A DNA stretch of 4,650 nt from Patescibacteria group bacterium (GTDB lineage Bacteria > Patescibacteriota > Patescibacteriia > Magasanikbacterales > GWA2-37-8): assembly GCA_004321885.1 (NCBI GenBank), contig SCQK01000012.1:1-4650 (forward strand). The letters are read 5' to 3'. The translations under genes were made by a program, and so were the position numbers. Positions within the stretch are counted from its first letter, which is position 1, and the number at the start of each line of letters is the position of its first letter. The notes under the pieces are model-generated. The model saw only the letters and a program-made list of their open reading frames with translations. It was not told where the DNA came from and did no database searches. Shown piece after piece: positions 4,355 to 4,650 of this stretch.

Positions 4355-4650
4355 TTAGACCCGCTTTGGGGTTTGGAGCGGCACGCCCACTTCCACAATG
4401 ATGGCACAGTACCACGGATCGAACATCATGATCCGTGTGATGGCCTGTTCCACCTCGGCCCGTTCCATGCCTTCCGCCACCACCTTGCCGAGGCGCACCG
4501 CCATCCAGCGGGATGCCGGGTTGTGTGGCTTTGGCAAGTACCCCTTTTTTAAGACACTCTTTCTCGTTTCAATAAGTAAGTTTTTCGACCTTTCGCGTTC
4601 GTGAATCAGGACAAGGTTTGTTACGTTTTGTTTGGGACGTATCAAACATC
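4355..4650 (-). CDS. 3' portion of a GC-rich gene; product unknown. The frame stays open through the right repeat copy to the window edge. It is either a gene continuing beyond the window or a remnant truncated at the repeat junction.
   Basis: Stop TAA at 4355-4357. The reading frame is open from 4358 to 4650. The first codon in the ORF track is TTG at 4643-4645, which is not a real start. The non-repeat part (4358-4530, ...ASRWMAVRLGKVVAEGMERAEVEQAITRIMMFDPWYCAIIVEVGVPLQTPKRV) looks GC-rich by eye. The repeat part is AT-rich, and there is a sharp compositional break at 4530/4531. Confidence 0.35.
   Translation of the reverse strand, partial: CLIRPKQNVTNLVLIHERERSKNLLIETRKSVLKKGYLPKPHNPASRWMAVRLGKVVAEGMERAEVEQAITRIMMFDPWYCAIIVEVGVPLQTPKRV
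4531..4650. repeat. Right copy of the perfect 120-bp inverted repeat
   Basis: Exact reverse complement of 1-120 (120/120). Identity ends at 4530. Confidence 0.95.

Noticed and set aside
4286-4604. Plus-strand ORFs 4286-4552 and 4398-4604 at the right end
   Set aside because: 4286-4552 is a His/Arg/Pro-rich off-frame read of GC-rich DNA. 4398-4604 is antisense to the GC-rich fragment and is notable only because it picks up the same repeat-encoded tail as the left gene. That point is recorded as a finding, not as a gene.
1-4650. CRISPR array, transposase or integrase, rRNA
   Set aside because: No short direct repeats with regular spacing anywhere. No ORF with a DDE, HUH, tyrosine- or serine-recombinase signature. 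No rRNA-like sequence. The repeat ends do not match any IS terminus I recognise.

Overview
This 4,650-bp window is bounded by a perfect 120-bp inverted repeat (1-120 vs reverse complement of 4531-4650). The window starts and ends exactly on the repeat, so the repeat may continue beyond it. All credible genes lie on the minus strand. Reading right to left in transcription order: (i) a GC-rich gene fragment (4355-4530) whose frame runs through the right repeat copy to the window edge. (ii) A probable intrinsic terminator (4225-4245). (iii) A visibly AT-rich two-gene block: a 217-aa N-terminally membrane-anchored protein (3536-4189) and a 137-aa lysine/arginine-rich basic protein (3032-3445), neither recognisable. 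(iv) A tight intergenic region with divergent, overlapping sigma70-like promoters. (v) An operon of a 233-aa single-pass membrane protein (2182-2883), the lipid II flippase MurJ (445-2091), and a translationally coupled 128-aa unknown protein (47-433) whose last ~24 codons are encoded by the left repeat copy. The most unusual internal feature is a 90-bp nested palindrome that exactly fills the gap between the stop of the 233-aa gene and the murJ start codon. It consists of a 13-bp outer stem enclosing three hairpins with 0-2 nt linkers. murJ has no Shine-Dalgarno sequence, although neighbouring genes do. No transposase, tRNA, rRNA or CRISPR array was found. The sequence looks like a GC-content mosaic by eye: murJ operon moderate GC, the two-gene block AT-rich, the right fragment GC-rich, the repeat AT-rich. 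The repeat boundaries fall inside open reading frames, so the repeat looks like a junction with foreign or repeated DNA. Candidate explanations are an insertion element, a recombination-mediated invertible segment, a contig-end repeat, or an amplification chimera.
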